A stretch of DNA of 64,000 bases from an uncultured Gemmatimonadaceae bacterium (GTDB lineage Bacteria > Gemmatimonadota > Gemmatimonadetes > Gemmatimonadales > Gemmatimonadaceae), in contig CAWBOC010000003.1 in assembly GCA_963790305.1 (NCBI GenBank), positions 64,001 to 128,000 on the forward strand. The letters run 5' to 3'. Both the position numbers and the translations under genes were made by a program. The notes under the pieces were generated by a model. The model was not told where the DNA came from and made no database searches. It saw only the letters and a list, made by a program, of their open reading frames with translations. Of the stretch, positions 20,642 through 32,297 are shown piece by piece; positions within the stretch are counted from its first letter, which is position 1; each line of letters opens with the position of its first letter.

Positions 20642-21777
20642 GTCCCGACCGCCGCTCCTTGGCCGTCGAGCACCTGGCGAAGTTGTCTGGCGGTGGCGGC
20701 CAGCGCACGGGCGGCAGTCGAGTCCGCTTCCGAAACGACAATCGGTCGCCCTGTGTCACCACCCTCGAGCACGCGCTGATACAGGGGAATCTCCCCGAGC
20801 AGCGGCACACCGAGCTCCTGGGCGAGTCGCGCTCCCCCGCCCGACCCGAAGAGCGGGCTTGGCTTTCCGCAGTGTGTGCACTCGAAATAGCTCATGTTCT
20901 CGACGACGCCGAGCACGGGGACTCCGACGCGCTCGAACATTTTCGCGCCGCGGAGCGCATCGCCGATCGCGACCTCCTGCGGTGTCGTCACGATGACCGC
21001 GCCGTGCACCTGGGTCGCCTGCACGAGCGAGAGTTGAGCGTCCCCGGTACCCGGCGGCATGTCGACCAGGAAGTAGTCGAGCTTCCCCCACACGACATCG
21101 CGGAGAAATTGCGTGATCACCTTCATGATGATCGGCCCGCGCCAGATGGCGGGGGCATCCCGTGCCACCATGAAGCCGATGCTCATCAGCTTCACCCCAT
21201 GCGCCTCGAGCGGAATGATGCGCTCGTTCTCGACCGGGGGCGGCTCATCGATGCCCATCATGCGCGGCACGTTGGGCCCGTAAATGTCGGCATCCATCAG
21301 TCCCACGCGCGCCCCGGAGCGAGCGAGCGACACCGCCACGTTCGTGGCCACCGTCGACTTGCCGACGCCACCCTTGCCGCTCGAGATGGCGATGATGCGG
21401 CCCAGGTTTGGATAGGTGACCGGCGCGGGCGGCGCGGGCCTCTGCGGGCCGGGCGCGGCTCGAGGCGGCTCCATCACCGGCAGCGCACGCGGGTTCGGCG
21501 CTGGCGCAGTTGGCGCTTGCGGCGCGGAACGCTGTACCTGCGAAGGATCCTTCACATCGACGCGCACTTCCGTGACGCCCTCGACGCGCTCAACGGTCTG
21601 GCGCACATCGCGCACGAGCGACGCGGGATCCTGTGCGCTGAGCAGGAAGGTGAGGCGAACCTTTCCATCGTCGGTGAGCGCGAGGTCACGTATCATCGCC
21701 CCCTCGATGACGGTCTGACGCGTTCGCGGATTGGTAACGCCGCCTAACGCCTCGACAATGCGCCCACGCAGCGTCAT
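20638..21777 (-). CDS. apbC: Mrp/ApbC Fe-S cluster carrier ATPase
   Basis: SGKGGVGKST, DADIYGPN, WRGP, DMPPGTGD, ENMSYFECTHC. Confidence 0.93.
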   Translation of the reverse strand: MTLRGRIVEALGGVTNPRTRQTVIEGAMIRDLALTDDGKVRLTFLLSAQDPASLVRDVRQTVERVEGVTEVRVDVKDPSQVQRSAPQAPTAPAPNPRALPVMEPPRAAPGPQRPAPPAPVTYPNLGRIIAISSGKGGVGKSTVATNVAVSLARSGARVGLMDADIYGPNVPRMMGIDEPPPVENERIIPLEAHGVKLMSIGFMVARDAPAIWRGPIIMKVITQFLRDVVWGKLDYFLVDMPPGTGDAQLSLVQATQVHGAVIVTTPQEVAIGDALRGAKMFERVGVPVLGVVENMSYFECTHCGKPSPLFGSGGGARLAQELGVPLLGEIPLYQRVLEGGDTGRPIVVSEADSTAARALAATARQLRQVLDGQGAAVGT

Positions 21778-22046
21778 GGGGTATCCGTCGCCAGCGCGCG
21801 GACCTCGCGCACCTCCGGCACACGCAGGCGCAGCTGCGCCTCGATGCCGGCGCGCAGGGCGGTCACCGACATCTCGCAGTCGGGGCAATCCCCATGGAGG
21901 CGCAGGACGGCGACGCCGGTGGCTTTCTCGAAGGTCACCAGCTCGAGCACGGCCTGATCGAGGCGCAGCATGATCGCCACCTGCGTGAGCGCGTCGCCGA
22001 TGCGATCCTCGACCGTTTGGCGAGAGTGACGAAGAGGACGGGCCAT
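21774..22046 (-). CDS. NifU C-terminal (Nfu)-like protein
   Basis: ELV...VLRLHGDCPDC...AGIEAQLRLRVPEVREV. Confidence 0.8.
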   Translation of the reverse strand: MARPLRHSRQTVEDRIGDALTQVAIMLRLDQAVLELVTFEKATGVAVLRLHGDCPDCEMSVTALRAGIEAQLRLRVPEVREVRALATDTP

Positions 22047-22059
22047 ACGAGAAAGCTAC

Positions 22060-23115
22060 CTAGCGGGCAGACAGCGGGCCAAGAGCGTCCGGATTGGCTG
22101 CCAGGTATTCGCGGGCTTCCCCGACCACCCGAGTCCGAACCGTGTCGAGGGACCCGGGGATGAGCGCGCCACTCGCCTTCGCGTGACCGCCTCCACCAAA
22201 GCGCTTCGCGAAGCGGTTGACGTCGACCGCCCCCGCGCTCCGGAACGACACCTTCACCTGACCGTGGCCGAGGTCGCGGAAGAAGATCGCCATGCGAGTC
22301 CCCGCGATGGACCGCGGATGCTCGGCGATCCCATCGAGCTCCTCCGAGCGCAGCGCATACTTCTCCATCACACCCGCGGGCAGCGAGATCCAGGAGAGGC
22401 CGATCGACTCATCCACTTCGAGCGTGTGAAGCGCGTCGCGCAGGAGATGCAGCCGCCCGACGGGCACCGACGCGTAGATGCGACGATACATCTCCTCTGG
22501 ATCGACGCCTCGTGACAGCAGCTCGCCGGCGATGGCGTGGCACCGCGGCGACGTGTTACTGAAGCGGAAGCCGCCGGTGTCGGTGAGCAATGCGGTGTAG
22601 AGCGCCCGCGCGATTTCAGGAGTGATCTCGAGGTCGAGTACCTGCGCGAGATCATAGACGAGCTCCCCCGTCGCGCACGCTGCGGTGTCTGCCAGCACGA
22701 TGTCTCCGGGCGGCTCTTCGCCTGGAACGTGATGATCGATGACGAGGCGCGGCCCCTTCATCGCGCGCACCGGCTCAGCGAGCGTGCCAAGGCGCCGGAC
22801 GTCGCTGATATCGACCACGATCAGGAGATCGGCGTTTCCGAGCGCGGCCGCGCCACGCTTGCTGTCCTCACGCACGCCGGCGAGCAGGAAGTCGAACATC
22901 ACCGGCCATGGCGTGGGATTGACGATGCGCGCGGTGAGTCCTCGCTGCGCGAGAAGGAGCGCGAGCGCCGCCTCCGAGCCGCACCCGTCACCGTCGGCAT
23001 TGACGTGCGTCGAGAGCACGACTGACGCTCCCTCGCGGAGCGCTGCGCCCATCCGCTCAATGATCTCGCGGCGCGCCGGGGGAATCGCGAGCAACGTCGA
23101 CGGCTGCAGCCACAC
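22060..23115 (-). CDS. nrnA: DHH/DHHA1 phosphoesterase (NrnA-like oligoribonuclease/pAp phosphatase)
   Basis: THVNADGDG, IDHH, TDTGGFRF, KVSFRS, FGGGGHAKASG. Start uncertain. Confidence 0.9.
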   Translation of the reverse strand: MWLQPSTLLAIPPARREIIERMGAALREGASVVLSTHVNADGDGCGSEAALALLLAQRGLTARIVNPTPWPVMFDFLLAGVREDSKRGAAALGNADLLIVVDISDVRRLGTLAEPVRAMKGPRLVIDHHVPGEEPPGDIVLADTAACATGELVYDLAQVLDLEITPEIARALYTALLTDTGGFRFSNTSPRCHAIAGELLSRGVDPEEMYRRIYASVPVGRLHLLRDALHTLEVDESIGLSWISLPAGVMEKYALRSEELDGIAEHPRSIAGTRMAIFFRDLGHGQVKVSFRSAGAVDVNRFAKRFGGGGHAKASGALIPGSLDTVRTRVVGEAREYLAANPDALGPLSAR

Positions 23116-23190
23116 CTCCAGCAGGGGAGAAACGCAACGCGGCGCCCACGAGGGGCGCCGCGTCAAAGATAGCGAGTCCGACGAGGCGCG

Positions 23191-24654
23191 TCAGCGCGTC
23201 GGCGGGGCTCCCGCGAATCGCGACTTCCGAATGCTGTACGAGAAGTAAATGACGATGCCGATCGCCATCCAGATGAGCAGCCGCAGCCAGGTATCAAACG
23301 GCAGACTGAACATGAGATAGCCGCAAATCAGAATCCCCAAGATTGGCACCAGGGGGACCAGCGGCGTCTTGAAGGGACGGGGCAGCTCGGGTGACCTGAC
23401 CCGCAGAACCCAAATGCCAGCGCACACGATCACGAAGGCGAGGAGCGTTCCGATCGAAACGAGCTCGCCGAGGACGCCGATCGGGAACAGCCCCGCCACC
23501 ACGCCCGCGATCACGCCAGTGACGATCGTCGTGACGTACGGCGTCTGGAAACGCTTATGCACCTTTCCGAAGACCGCGGGGAGCAAGCCATCGCGCGCCA
23601 TGGAGTAGAAGATGCGCGGCTGGCCCATGAGCATGACGAGCACCACCGAAGCGAGACCCGCCATGGCGCCGATCGCGATGAGCTTGGTGAGCCACGACAG
23701 ACCCGGACCGGCGGCGGCGAGGGCGACGTAGACCGGATCGGGCACGTTGAGCTGCGCGTACGGTACCAGGCCCGTCATTACCAGCGACATCAGGATGTAG
23801 AGGACCGTACAGAACGCGAGCGATCCGAGGATGCCTATCGGCATGTCCCGCTGCGGGTTCTTGGCCTCCTGTGCCGCGGTCGACACGGCATCGAATCCTA
23901 TGTAGGCGAAGAAGATGACGCCGGCCCCGCGGACGATGCCGCTCCAGCCATACTGGCCGAACTCTCCAGTGTTATCCGGGATGAACGGGCTCCAGTTGTC
24001 CGGGTTGACGAACATGAACCCGAAGCCGATGACGAGGAAGATGATCGCGACCTTGATGGCCACCACGATGTTGTTGAACCCGGCCGATTCCTTCACGCCG
24101 ACGACCAGCAGGATCGTCAACACGGCGATGAGGAACATCGCCGGAATGTTCAGAACGGCCCCGGTGCGCGAGAGTCCCTCCGCCGCCGAATACGCGAACG
24201 GGGCCTGCGTCCACTCCATCGGCAGGTTCACGCCGATGCTGCGCATGAAGGAGACGAAATACCCCGACCATCCGACGGCGACCGTCGATGCACCGAACAG
24301 GTACTCGAGAACGAGATCCCAGCCAATGATCCAGGCGAAAAACTCGCCGAGCGTTGCATACGAATAGGTATACGCGCTTCCGGCGATGGGAATCATGCTC
24401 GCGAACTCGGCGTAGCACAGGCCGGCGAACAGGCAGCCCGTTCCGGCGAGAATGAACGAGAGCACGATCGCGGGGCCCGCGTAGTTGGCCGCCGCCGTCC
24501 CGGTGAGCACGAAGATGCCGGCGCCGATGATGGCGCCGATCCCCAGCAGTGTGAGGTTCGTGGCACTGAGCGCACGTCTGAGCGTCGTCTCGTGCGACTC
24601 ACCGCTCGCTTCAGCCTGGAGGAGGGCGATGCTCTTCTTCGACCATAGACCCAT
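23191..24654 (-). CDS. APC-family amino acid permease
   Basis: GIGAIIGAGIF, LCYAEFAS, GSAYTY, FFAYIGFDAVST. Confidence 0.95.
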   Translation of the reverse strand: MGLWSKKSIALLQAEASGESHETTLRRALSATNLTLLGIGAIIGAGIFVLTGTAAANYAGPAIVLSFILAGTGCLFAGLCYAEFASMIPIAGSAYTYSYATLGEFFAWIIGWDLVLEYLFGASTVAVGWSGYFVSFMRSIGVNLPMEWTQAPFAYSAAEGLSRTGAVLNIPAMFLIAVLTILLVVGVKESAGFNNIVVAIKVAIIFLVIGFGFMFVNPDNWSPFIPDNTGEFGQYGWSGIVRGAGVIFFAYIGFDAVSTAAQEAKNPQRDMPIGILGSLAFCTVLYILMSLVMTGLVPYAQLNVPDPVYVALAAAGPGLSWLTKLIAIGAMAGLASVVLVMLMGQPRIFYSMARDGLLPAVFGKVHKRFQTPYVTTIVTGVIAGVVAGLFPIGVLGELVSIGTLLAFVIVCAGIWVLRVRSPELPRPFKTPLVPLVPILGILICGYLMFSLPFDTWLRLLIWMAIGIVIYFSYSIRKSRFAGAPPTR

Positions 24655-24707
24655 GGGTTTCTCCGCGGGGGACTCGGGCGGGGGAGTTACGTGGGAAGAC
24701 GCGGGGC

Positions 24708-24736
24708 AAAATCCCGTTCACCGACGGGTTTGTCAA
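24708..24736 (-). promoter_or_regulatory. Putative sigma70 promoter of the amino acid permease
   Basis: TTGACA-N17-GATTTT on the minus strand, about 55 nt upstream of the ATG. Confidence 0.55.
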
Positions 24737-24758
24737 TAGAAGTACGTCTAGACGGCAG

Positions 24759-24891
24759 GTGGGAACGGAAAGACATCAGATAACAGAACACAGGATTCAG
24801 AATGCAGATGAGTGACGGGGAGCCATTCACTGGCTCCCCGTGGTCGTTTCTGAATTCTGAAACCTGTATTCTGTTATCTGACGTGTTTGCC
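24759..24891. repeat. Inverted pair of CAGAATN heptamer arrays (copy 2) with central GC hairpin
   Basis: Shares GTGGGAACGG, TGGCTCCC and TTCTGAATTCTGAA with the 18.3 kb element. Inner stem ACGGGGAGCCA/TGGCTCCCCGT. Confidence 0.85.
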
Positions 24892-24904
24892 TTGTAGTGA
24901 AATG

Positions 24905-26977
<2,073 letters not shown>

Positions 26978-26981
<4 letters not shown>

Positions 26982-27436
26982 TTCGATGCGCCTCCCGTGT
27001 CGGTGGACGTAGGCGGCTCGGTCGGTGCAGAGGGTTGCTGCCCCTCGCTGCCTCCCACTGGCGCCTGTCCCGAGGGCGGCCGCGCCGTTCCCCATTGGGC
27101 CGGACGCGAAGCCGCGTTGACCACATCCGATGCAACGGACTTGCCAGCCGCCGCCACCCCGGAGAGGACGCCCATCGCCCGGCTCATAATGCCCATCGTC
27201 TGGGCGATCGTGTCGGCCGAAAGACGGCCGGCGCGCATCGTGTCCTCGAGCCCCTCAGTGAAACGCTGAAACACGCTCGCCGCCGAGGGCTGCCGCTCGG
27301 CGTACCGGGATTCGAGGAATTCGACGTAATCGAGGACCTGGTAGAGACGGTCGTTGGAGAGCGTCTCGAGCTTTCGCATGATGCGGTCACGCAGGAAGGG
27401 GTGCGTGTCCGATCCTGCTCCTTCGTCGCTTGCCAT
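26978..27436 (-). CDS. Hypothetical protein (DUF2281-like N-terminal helices, Pro/Ser-rich tail)
   Basis: LETLSNDRLYQVLDYVEFL; tightly coupled to both neighbours. Confidence 0.7.
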
Positions 27437-27438
27437 CC

Positions 27439-28449
27439 TTACCCCCGCCAGCGTGCGCGCGTACCGCGTGTGTCGATATGAACGTACGGCTGACGATAAC
27501 GACCGCTCACGTAGAGCCCAAGGCCGCCGGCGAGATCGGGGTGCGACTGCTCGACCATCTCAACGGCGGCGGCGACGAGGTTCGCGTCTTCGCGCGTCAC
27601 CCGCCCATCGCCGTTTGCGTCGATGACGACGTCGGCGGCGTCACCAAACTGGTGCCGGCTGTCGCGCGCGGCGCGCGGGACGCGCCGGTTGTACCACGGG
27701 GTACGAAAGCCCGAGTTCACGGAGACCGCGAGCTGCACGGTCGAGGTGTCGGGCCGCCACGCAGAGAGCTGCTGGAACACCAGCTCCAGCTTGTCCAGCA
27801 GACGGCGGTCGAGCGCCGCGTACCGAGGCCACGTCGTCTGTCCGTCGGGGGCGACGAACGAGCCCAGCCGCAGGTGTCGCGTGAGCGGGAGATTCACCAG
27901 CTCGGGAAGCACCTGCACGAATCCGTCGGGGCGCGCCGCGGTCGCGCCGCGTCGCTCCGCGCGGAAGGTGCCAATGCGGTAGCCATCGAGAATGCCGCCT
28001 CGCTTCTCATCGAACGGCACCATCACCGCCAGCGTGAGTCCGCTGAGAATGCGCCGCTCCAATCCCCGCATGAGCGCGAGTCGGTAGAATCCCGGAACCG
28101 ACGGGGCCACCAGCGTGTCGCCATCCAGGCGGCGAATGGAGTCCACACCGACGGAGTCGGTAACGCGCACCCACGAGTACTCGAGCTCGGTGGGATCGCC
28201 TTGGACTTCGAGGGGGTACTCGACCCCGTCGTTAGGGAGCGCGAAGCGGACCTGCACCGCGCCGCTGAGACCGAATGCGCTCGCCGACGGCGTGGCGGGG
28301 GGAACCAGCGGAAGCAGCGGATTGCCGAACCGCGACTCCAGGAGCGTCTCGGGCGGTTCGTAGAATCGAAGGACGGCGAGCGCAGCCACGACGAACATCG
28401 CGGCCGTCATCCAGCGGGACCTGAGCGCCGCCAGCAACCGCGCCCTCAA
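27439..28449 (-). CDS. Peptidase M15 family (Zn D-Ala-D-Ala carboxypeptidase/MepK-like), membrane-anchored
   Basis: SGFRTPWYN, SRHQFGDAAD, VHIDTRG zinc ligands, DANGDG loop, N-terminal TM segment. Confidence 0.88.
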   Translation of the reverse strand: MRARLLAALRSRWMTAAMFVVAALAVLRFYEPPETLLESRFGNPLLPLVPPATPSASAFGLSGAVQVRFALPNDGVEYPLEVQGDPTELEYSWVRVTDSVGVDSIRRLDGDTLVAPSVPGFYRLALMRGLERRILSGLTLAVMVPFDEKRGGILDGYRIGTFRAERRGATAARPDGFVQVLPELVNLPLTRHLRLGSFVAPDGQTTWPRYAALDRRLLDKLELVFQQLSAWRPDTSTVQLAVSVNSGFRTPWYNRRVPRAARDSRHQFGDAADVVIDANGDGRVTREDANLVAAAVEMVEQSHPDLAGGLGLYVSGRYRQPYVHIDTRGTRARWRG

Positions 28450-29393
28450 ATGCGACCCCAGCGCGCGCGGGTACCACGCGCGTCAATATGGGTGAACGGA
28501 CCGTGCGCCCGCGTTGCGGAATAGACGCCAGCACCACCGACCAGTCCGGGATACGCGGCTTCCACCCGGTCGACCGCGCCGAGCAGAATGCGCGCGTCCC
28601 GCGTGTCCACACGTCCGTCACGATTCAAGTCATCCATGCGCCCGTCCCGATTGTTATCGACGAACACATCGGCCGCATCGCCGTACTGGTGCCGACTCGC
28701 ATCCGCTCGGCCCTTCCCAACGCCTTTGACATTGTACTGCGGCGTTCTGAATCCCGACATGACGGAGAGATACCGAACGTCGTAGCCCCGTCCAACCAGG
28801 TCATCGATGACGAGCTCCAGCTTGTCGATGAGCTTCGTGTCCAGCACCAGGTACTTCGGCCAGACGTCGCGCTGGTCCTTGGTGAGAAAGTCGCGGAGCT
28901 TGAAGTGCTCGGAAACCTGGGTGTGCTGATTCTCGGGCGTGACTTCAATGAAGCCGTCGAGGCCCGCGTACGCCTCAGACCGAACCTTGCGTCGCTCGAA
29001 CGGCCAATATCCCATCCGGTAGCCGCCGACGCGCCCCTTCACTTTGTCCGAGAATGGGCGGAGCGTGATGAACGTGAAGAGAGACGATTCGGCGCTATCC
29101 CGCAAGACGTAAACGCCTGGCGCCCGAACGACCGTGTCCCCAATGAGCGCGCTGAGAATCGGAACGTCGAGGCGCGCCAGGTACGGGAGGAAGCGCGCCA
29201 TGAGCTTGCCGCTACGACCCCGCAGCGTGTCCGAGACCGCGAGCTCCGATGGCATGTGCGCGACCGCCGCCAGCGCTGAGTTGGCGCGAGCAGGAACGCG
29301 CTCACCCCCGGCGATGGCCGGGTGCGCGAACAATGCAAAAGCAATCGCGAGCGACCAGACGAGCGGTCGCGCGCGGAGTGGACCTGCGGACAC
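28446..29393 (-). CDS. Peptidase M15 family, exported
   Basis: Signal peptide; SEHFKLRDF, SGFRTPQYN, SRHQYGDAAD, THIDARG; DNNRDG and DLNRDG loops. Confidence 0.9.
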   Translation of the reverse strand: MSAGPLRARPLVWSLAIAFALFAHPAIAGGERVPARANSALAAVAHMPSELAVSDTLRGRSGKLMARFLPYLARLDVPILSALIGDTVVRAPGVYVLRDSAESSLFTFITLRPFSDKVKGRVGGYRMGYWPFERRKVRSEAYAGLDGFIEVTPENQHTQVSEHFKLRDFLTKDQRDVWPKYLVLDTKLIDKLELVIDDLVGRGYDVRYLSVMSGFRTPQYNVKGVGKGRADASRHQYGDAADVFVDNNRDGRMDDLNRDGRVDTRDARILLGAVDRVEAAYPGLVGGAGVYSATRAHGPFTHIDARGTRARWGRI

Positions 29394-29505
29394 TTAACCC
29401 CCTTCGGGAATCGACTTTGGCCGACGTCCTATATTACGGCAGGACTAGGGCTTCCCGCTACGACCACGCGGTGAAAAGGCCGCGTGTGACTGACCGCACG
29501 GTCAG

Positions 29506-30363
29506 TCAGTAGATGAAAACCGGCGTGCCCACCGGGACGATACTATACAGATAGGCGATGTCTTCGTTCCGCAGTCGGACACAGCCATGGCTCACCGCCT
29601 GGCCGATGGACGTTGGCTTGTCCGTGCCGTGCAGGGCATACCCATCGCCAAGCAAGAGGCGGTGGGAGCCAAGAACCCCGCGGAATTTGCGCTGGTTGGT
29701 ACCGAAAGGCGGGATCACGACGTTGCCGGCCGCGACGATTTCTCGCCCCTCTCCCGATTCGAGGGGGTAGGTGCGTCCATCGGCGTACTGCTTGACCACG
29801 TCGTTGCCGTCGACGGTGATGAACCCGCCATCCGGGGTCTCGAGCTGTTCCCCGCGCTTGAGCTGCTTGACCCCGAGGCCGCGCTTTTTCGCGTATTCGA
29901 TGAAGTGCCAGTCAGGCGGCACCCACACCGGATCGATCTCTTTCCCCTGGACGACGAGCTTTCCGCGGGGGGTCTCGAACTTCCACTCGTCTCGGCCCCC
30001 GTCCTTGACCAGGGTCTTGCCGCTGCCGGTAGCCACGCGGGTGGTGAAGATGGTCTCGTCCCCCTGCTTGTACCACAGCCGGCGCTCCTCGATGCTGACG
30101 ACGATGAAAGGCTGCTCGCCTGGAGGAGCTGGCGCGGCTTCGAGCGCGCGCTCGAGGGAGTCGCTGACCATCCCAAGCTGCTTGCGAATGTCGTCGAGGA
30201 CTTCCCAGTTGTCGTTGAACGCGATGCGGTTCACATCGCGCTCGTACCGCACCATGGCGGCGTGCTTCACGAGAAAGCCGCTCGTCCCGAGGACGAGCAG
30301 GAGCAGACCGGTGGCGGTCAGGGAGATACGGAGATCGTCGCGAAAGGCTTGGACCAAACTCAT
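29506..30363 (-). CDS. L,D-transpeptidase (YkuD family)
   Basis: IVVSIEERRL, RVATG, ETPRG, catalytic ALHGT...SHGCVRL; N-terminal TM segment. Confidence 0.95.
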   Translation of the reverse strand: MSLVQAFRDDLRISLTATGLLLLVLGTSGFLVKHAAMVRYERDVNRIAFNDNWEVLDDIRKQLGMVSDSLERALEAAPAPPGEQPFIVVSIEERRLWYKQGDETIFTTRVATGSGKTLVKDGGRDEWKFETPRGKLVVQGKEIDPVWVPPDWHFIEYAKKRGLGVKQLKRGEQLETPDGGFITVDGNDVVKQYADGRTYPLESGEGREIVAAGNVVIPPFGTNQRKFRGVLGSHRLLLGDGYALHGTDKPTSIGQAVSHGCVRLRNEDIAYLYSIVPVGTPVFIY

Positions 30364-30441
30364 TTCAGATGGGCTCCCCGGGAGTACAGCCAGATACTGT
30401 CCCTGGTAGAGGAAAGTTCCTGCGACAACGTTCGGGTTGTC

Positions 30442-31134
30442 CTAGAAGAAATACACCTTCGTTCCACGCGCGAGATTCGGGATGACCGCGCGTAGATCGT
30501 CGGCGTTCGCCCGCACCGCGCCAGGCATCACGTACGTCGAGTCGTTGAGCGGGCCCGTGGTCGGCATCGAGTAGATCACCGTCCCACCCTCGAGGACGAT
30601 CGCCACCGGGCCCAGGCCACCCTTGACAGTTCGGTCGTTAGGCGGCGTCAGGCCGCGCTCCTCGTAGACCCAACGCGGCACTTCCCACCCGTCGGTGGCG
30701 GCGAGAAGGCGCAGGACCGACCGGGTGCCGCGCGGAATGGTCACCCGAACGGTGTCCGGGCCCATGCCCACCGTCTTTTCAGGACCGATCTCCACGCGCA
30801 TGTCGCGAAGAATCGCCCCTTCCCGCTCGAGGCCCATGTACGCGCTATCGACGGCGATGGCGAGATGTATCTCCTTGTCGACACGCGCCTGCCGGCGCAG
30901 GAGCTCGACCATCACCTGGAGCTGTTTCTCCTCCGACGCCAGCACGGCATCGGCGCGCCGCTTCTCGAACTCGCTCATGCCCGCGCGCAACCGTTGGATC
31001 TCGGCGCGGTATTTGTCGCGCTTGTAGATGAGGTATCCGTCGATGGCGAGCACGCCGAGCGCCACGATGATCATCGCGGCGAGGAAGCCGGGGTGCCGGC
31101 GCCAGAACTCACGGAAACGGGCGCGAAAGCTCAT
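30442..31134 (-). CDS. L,D-transpeptidase-like protein lacking the catalytic His and Cys
   Basis: Aligns by eye with the neighbouring LDT (RVEIG, TIPRG, WEVPRW, GGLG, GTKVYFF), but LHG is IYS and SHGCVR is MPGAVR. Confidence 0.8.
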   Translation of the reverse strand: MSFRARFREFWRRHPGFLAAMIIVALGVLAIDGYLIYKRDKYRAEIQRLRAGMSEFEKRRADAVLASEEKQLQVMVELLRRQARVDKEIHLAIAVDSAYMGLEREGAILRDMRVEIGPEKTVGMGPDTVRVTIPRGTRSVLRLLAATDGWEVPRWVYEERGLTPPNDRTVKGGLGPVAIVLEGGTVIYSMPTTGPLNDSTYVMPGAVRANADDLRAVIPNLARGTKVYFF

Positions 31135-31209
31135 AGCAGCGAAGGGAGTGAAACCGCCGGTCGCGAGGCATCGAATGACAGCGCCACCCGCGCGCTGACG
31201 TCGCACGCG

Positions 31210-32214
31210 TCACCGCCGGACGATCGATACGAGATCCAGAATGGGAATGCCCACCGGGGAGCTCCGTCCGGTGCGCACGCGCGCGGTGATGACCGCGTTG
31301 GTGAGTGGCGCGATCGCCGACACCGCATCGAGCATAGAGGGCGGGATCGCGAGATACAGAAGCGCACTCTCCGTGTCGGGCCCCCGCGCGATGACGTAGG
31401 GCTCGTTCTCGGCGAGCTCACGCCGAAGGGGATCGGCCCGTTGAACCGGCGACAGGACTTGAACGTTCCAGCGCACGATTACCCCGCGTGTTCGTTCCGG
31501 GTCCGCGCGAAGATCGGCAGCGCTGAGGCGCGTCTGCACCGTCGTGTCCACGGACTGAAGCTCGTTCTCGCGCACCCACCCTTCGACGCGAACGCGCACC
31601 CAGTCACGGTCGCGAGCCAGCGGGACGACGACCGCGCCCGGGCGAATGCCGCCTATCGAGTCGCCGTCCGGGGCGAGCCGCATGGCCGTCTGACGTGTCG
31701 GGGTGAGACCATTCCCAATGGGTGGATCGGGAACGCGAGTGGGTGCGGGAGGAGGCGCCGGGGCCTGAGCGGTCTCCACGGATCCCGCCTGCTCGCGCGT
31801 CTCGGATGCCGGCTCCGAGCGCAGGCGTGCGCTGGGGATCCATGCGACGCGTCGAACGCGAACCCACTCGCCTCTTCGCGAGACCTGCGTGAGTCCCATC
31901 CCGTCGCGAAGATTGGCGACTGTCGCCGCGTTGAGGGCTGGCGACTCGCGCAGCCGGGCGCCGGAGGGAGCGCGGACGGAGAGCGCGAAGCTGTCGCGTC
32001 GCCCACCGAGAAGATCGCAATGGATGTATCCCTCGAGGGTGATCCGCGAGAGCGCGCCCCGCCGCTCGCGCACGCGGACCTCGGTGCCGGCGCGCACGGT
32101 CGCGATCGGCGCGCCTCGCGGCGCCGCGCGCACCTCGCTCGGCGCCGTCACCGTTGCCTGTGCGAGCAACGATGATGCGGTGAGAAGGGCGAGGAATACC
32201 GGGACGACGTACAT
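31210..32214 (-). CDS. Exported protein with tandem SH3b-like domains
   Basis: Signal peptide; three repeats of the type xRxxP...GxWVRVR..xWI/V (EVRAAPRG, RLRESP...GEWVRVRRVAWI, MRLAPDG...DWVRVRVEGWV). Confidence 0.75.
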   Translation of the reverse strand: MYVVPVFLALLTASSLLAQATVTAPSEVRAAPRGAPIATVRAGTEVRVRERRGALSRITLEGYIHCDLLGGRRDSFALSVRAPSGARLRESPALNAATVANLRDGMGLTQVSRRGEWVRVRRVAWIPSARLRSEPASETREQAGSVETAQAPAPPPAPTRVPDPPIGNGLTPTRQTAMRLAPDGDSIGGIRPGAVVVPLARDRDWVRVRVEGWVRENELQSVDTTVQTRLSAADLRADPERTRGVIVRWNVQVLSPVQRADPLRRELAENEPYVIARGPDTESALLYLAIPPSMLDAVSAIAPLTNAVITARVRTGRSSPVGIPILDLVSIVRR

Positions 32215-32297
32215 CGCTGGTTGCCGTGTGGGAGGGCGCGTACATTTCACTGGCGCCCGATGCGCCGAAGTTATCAGTCGTACACCATTCAGCAAAG

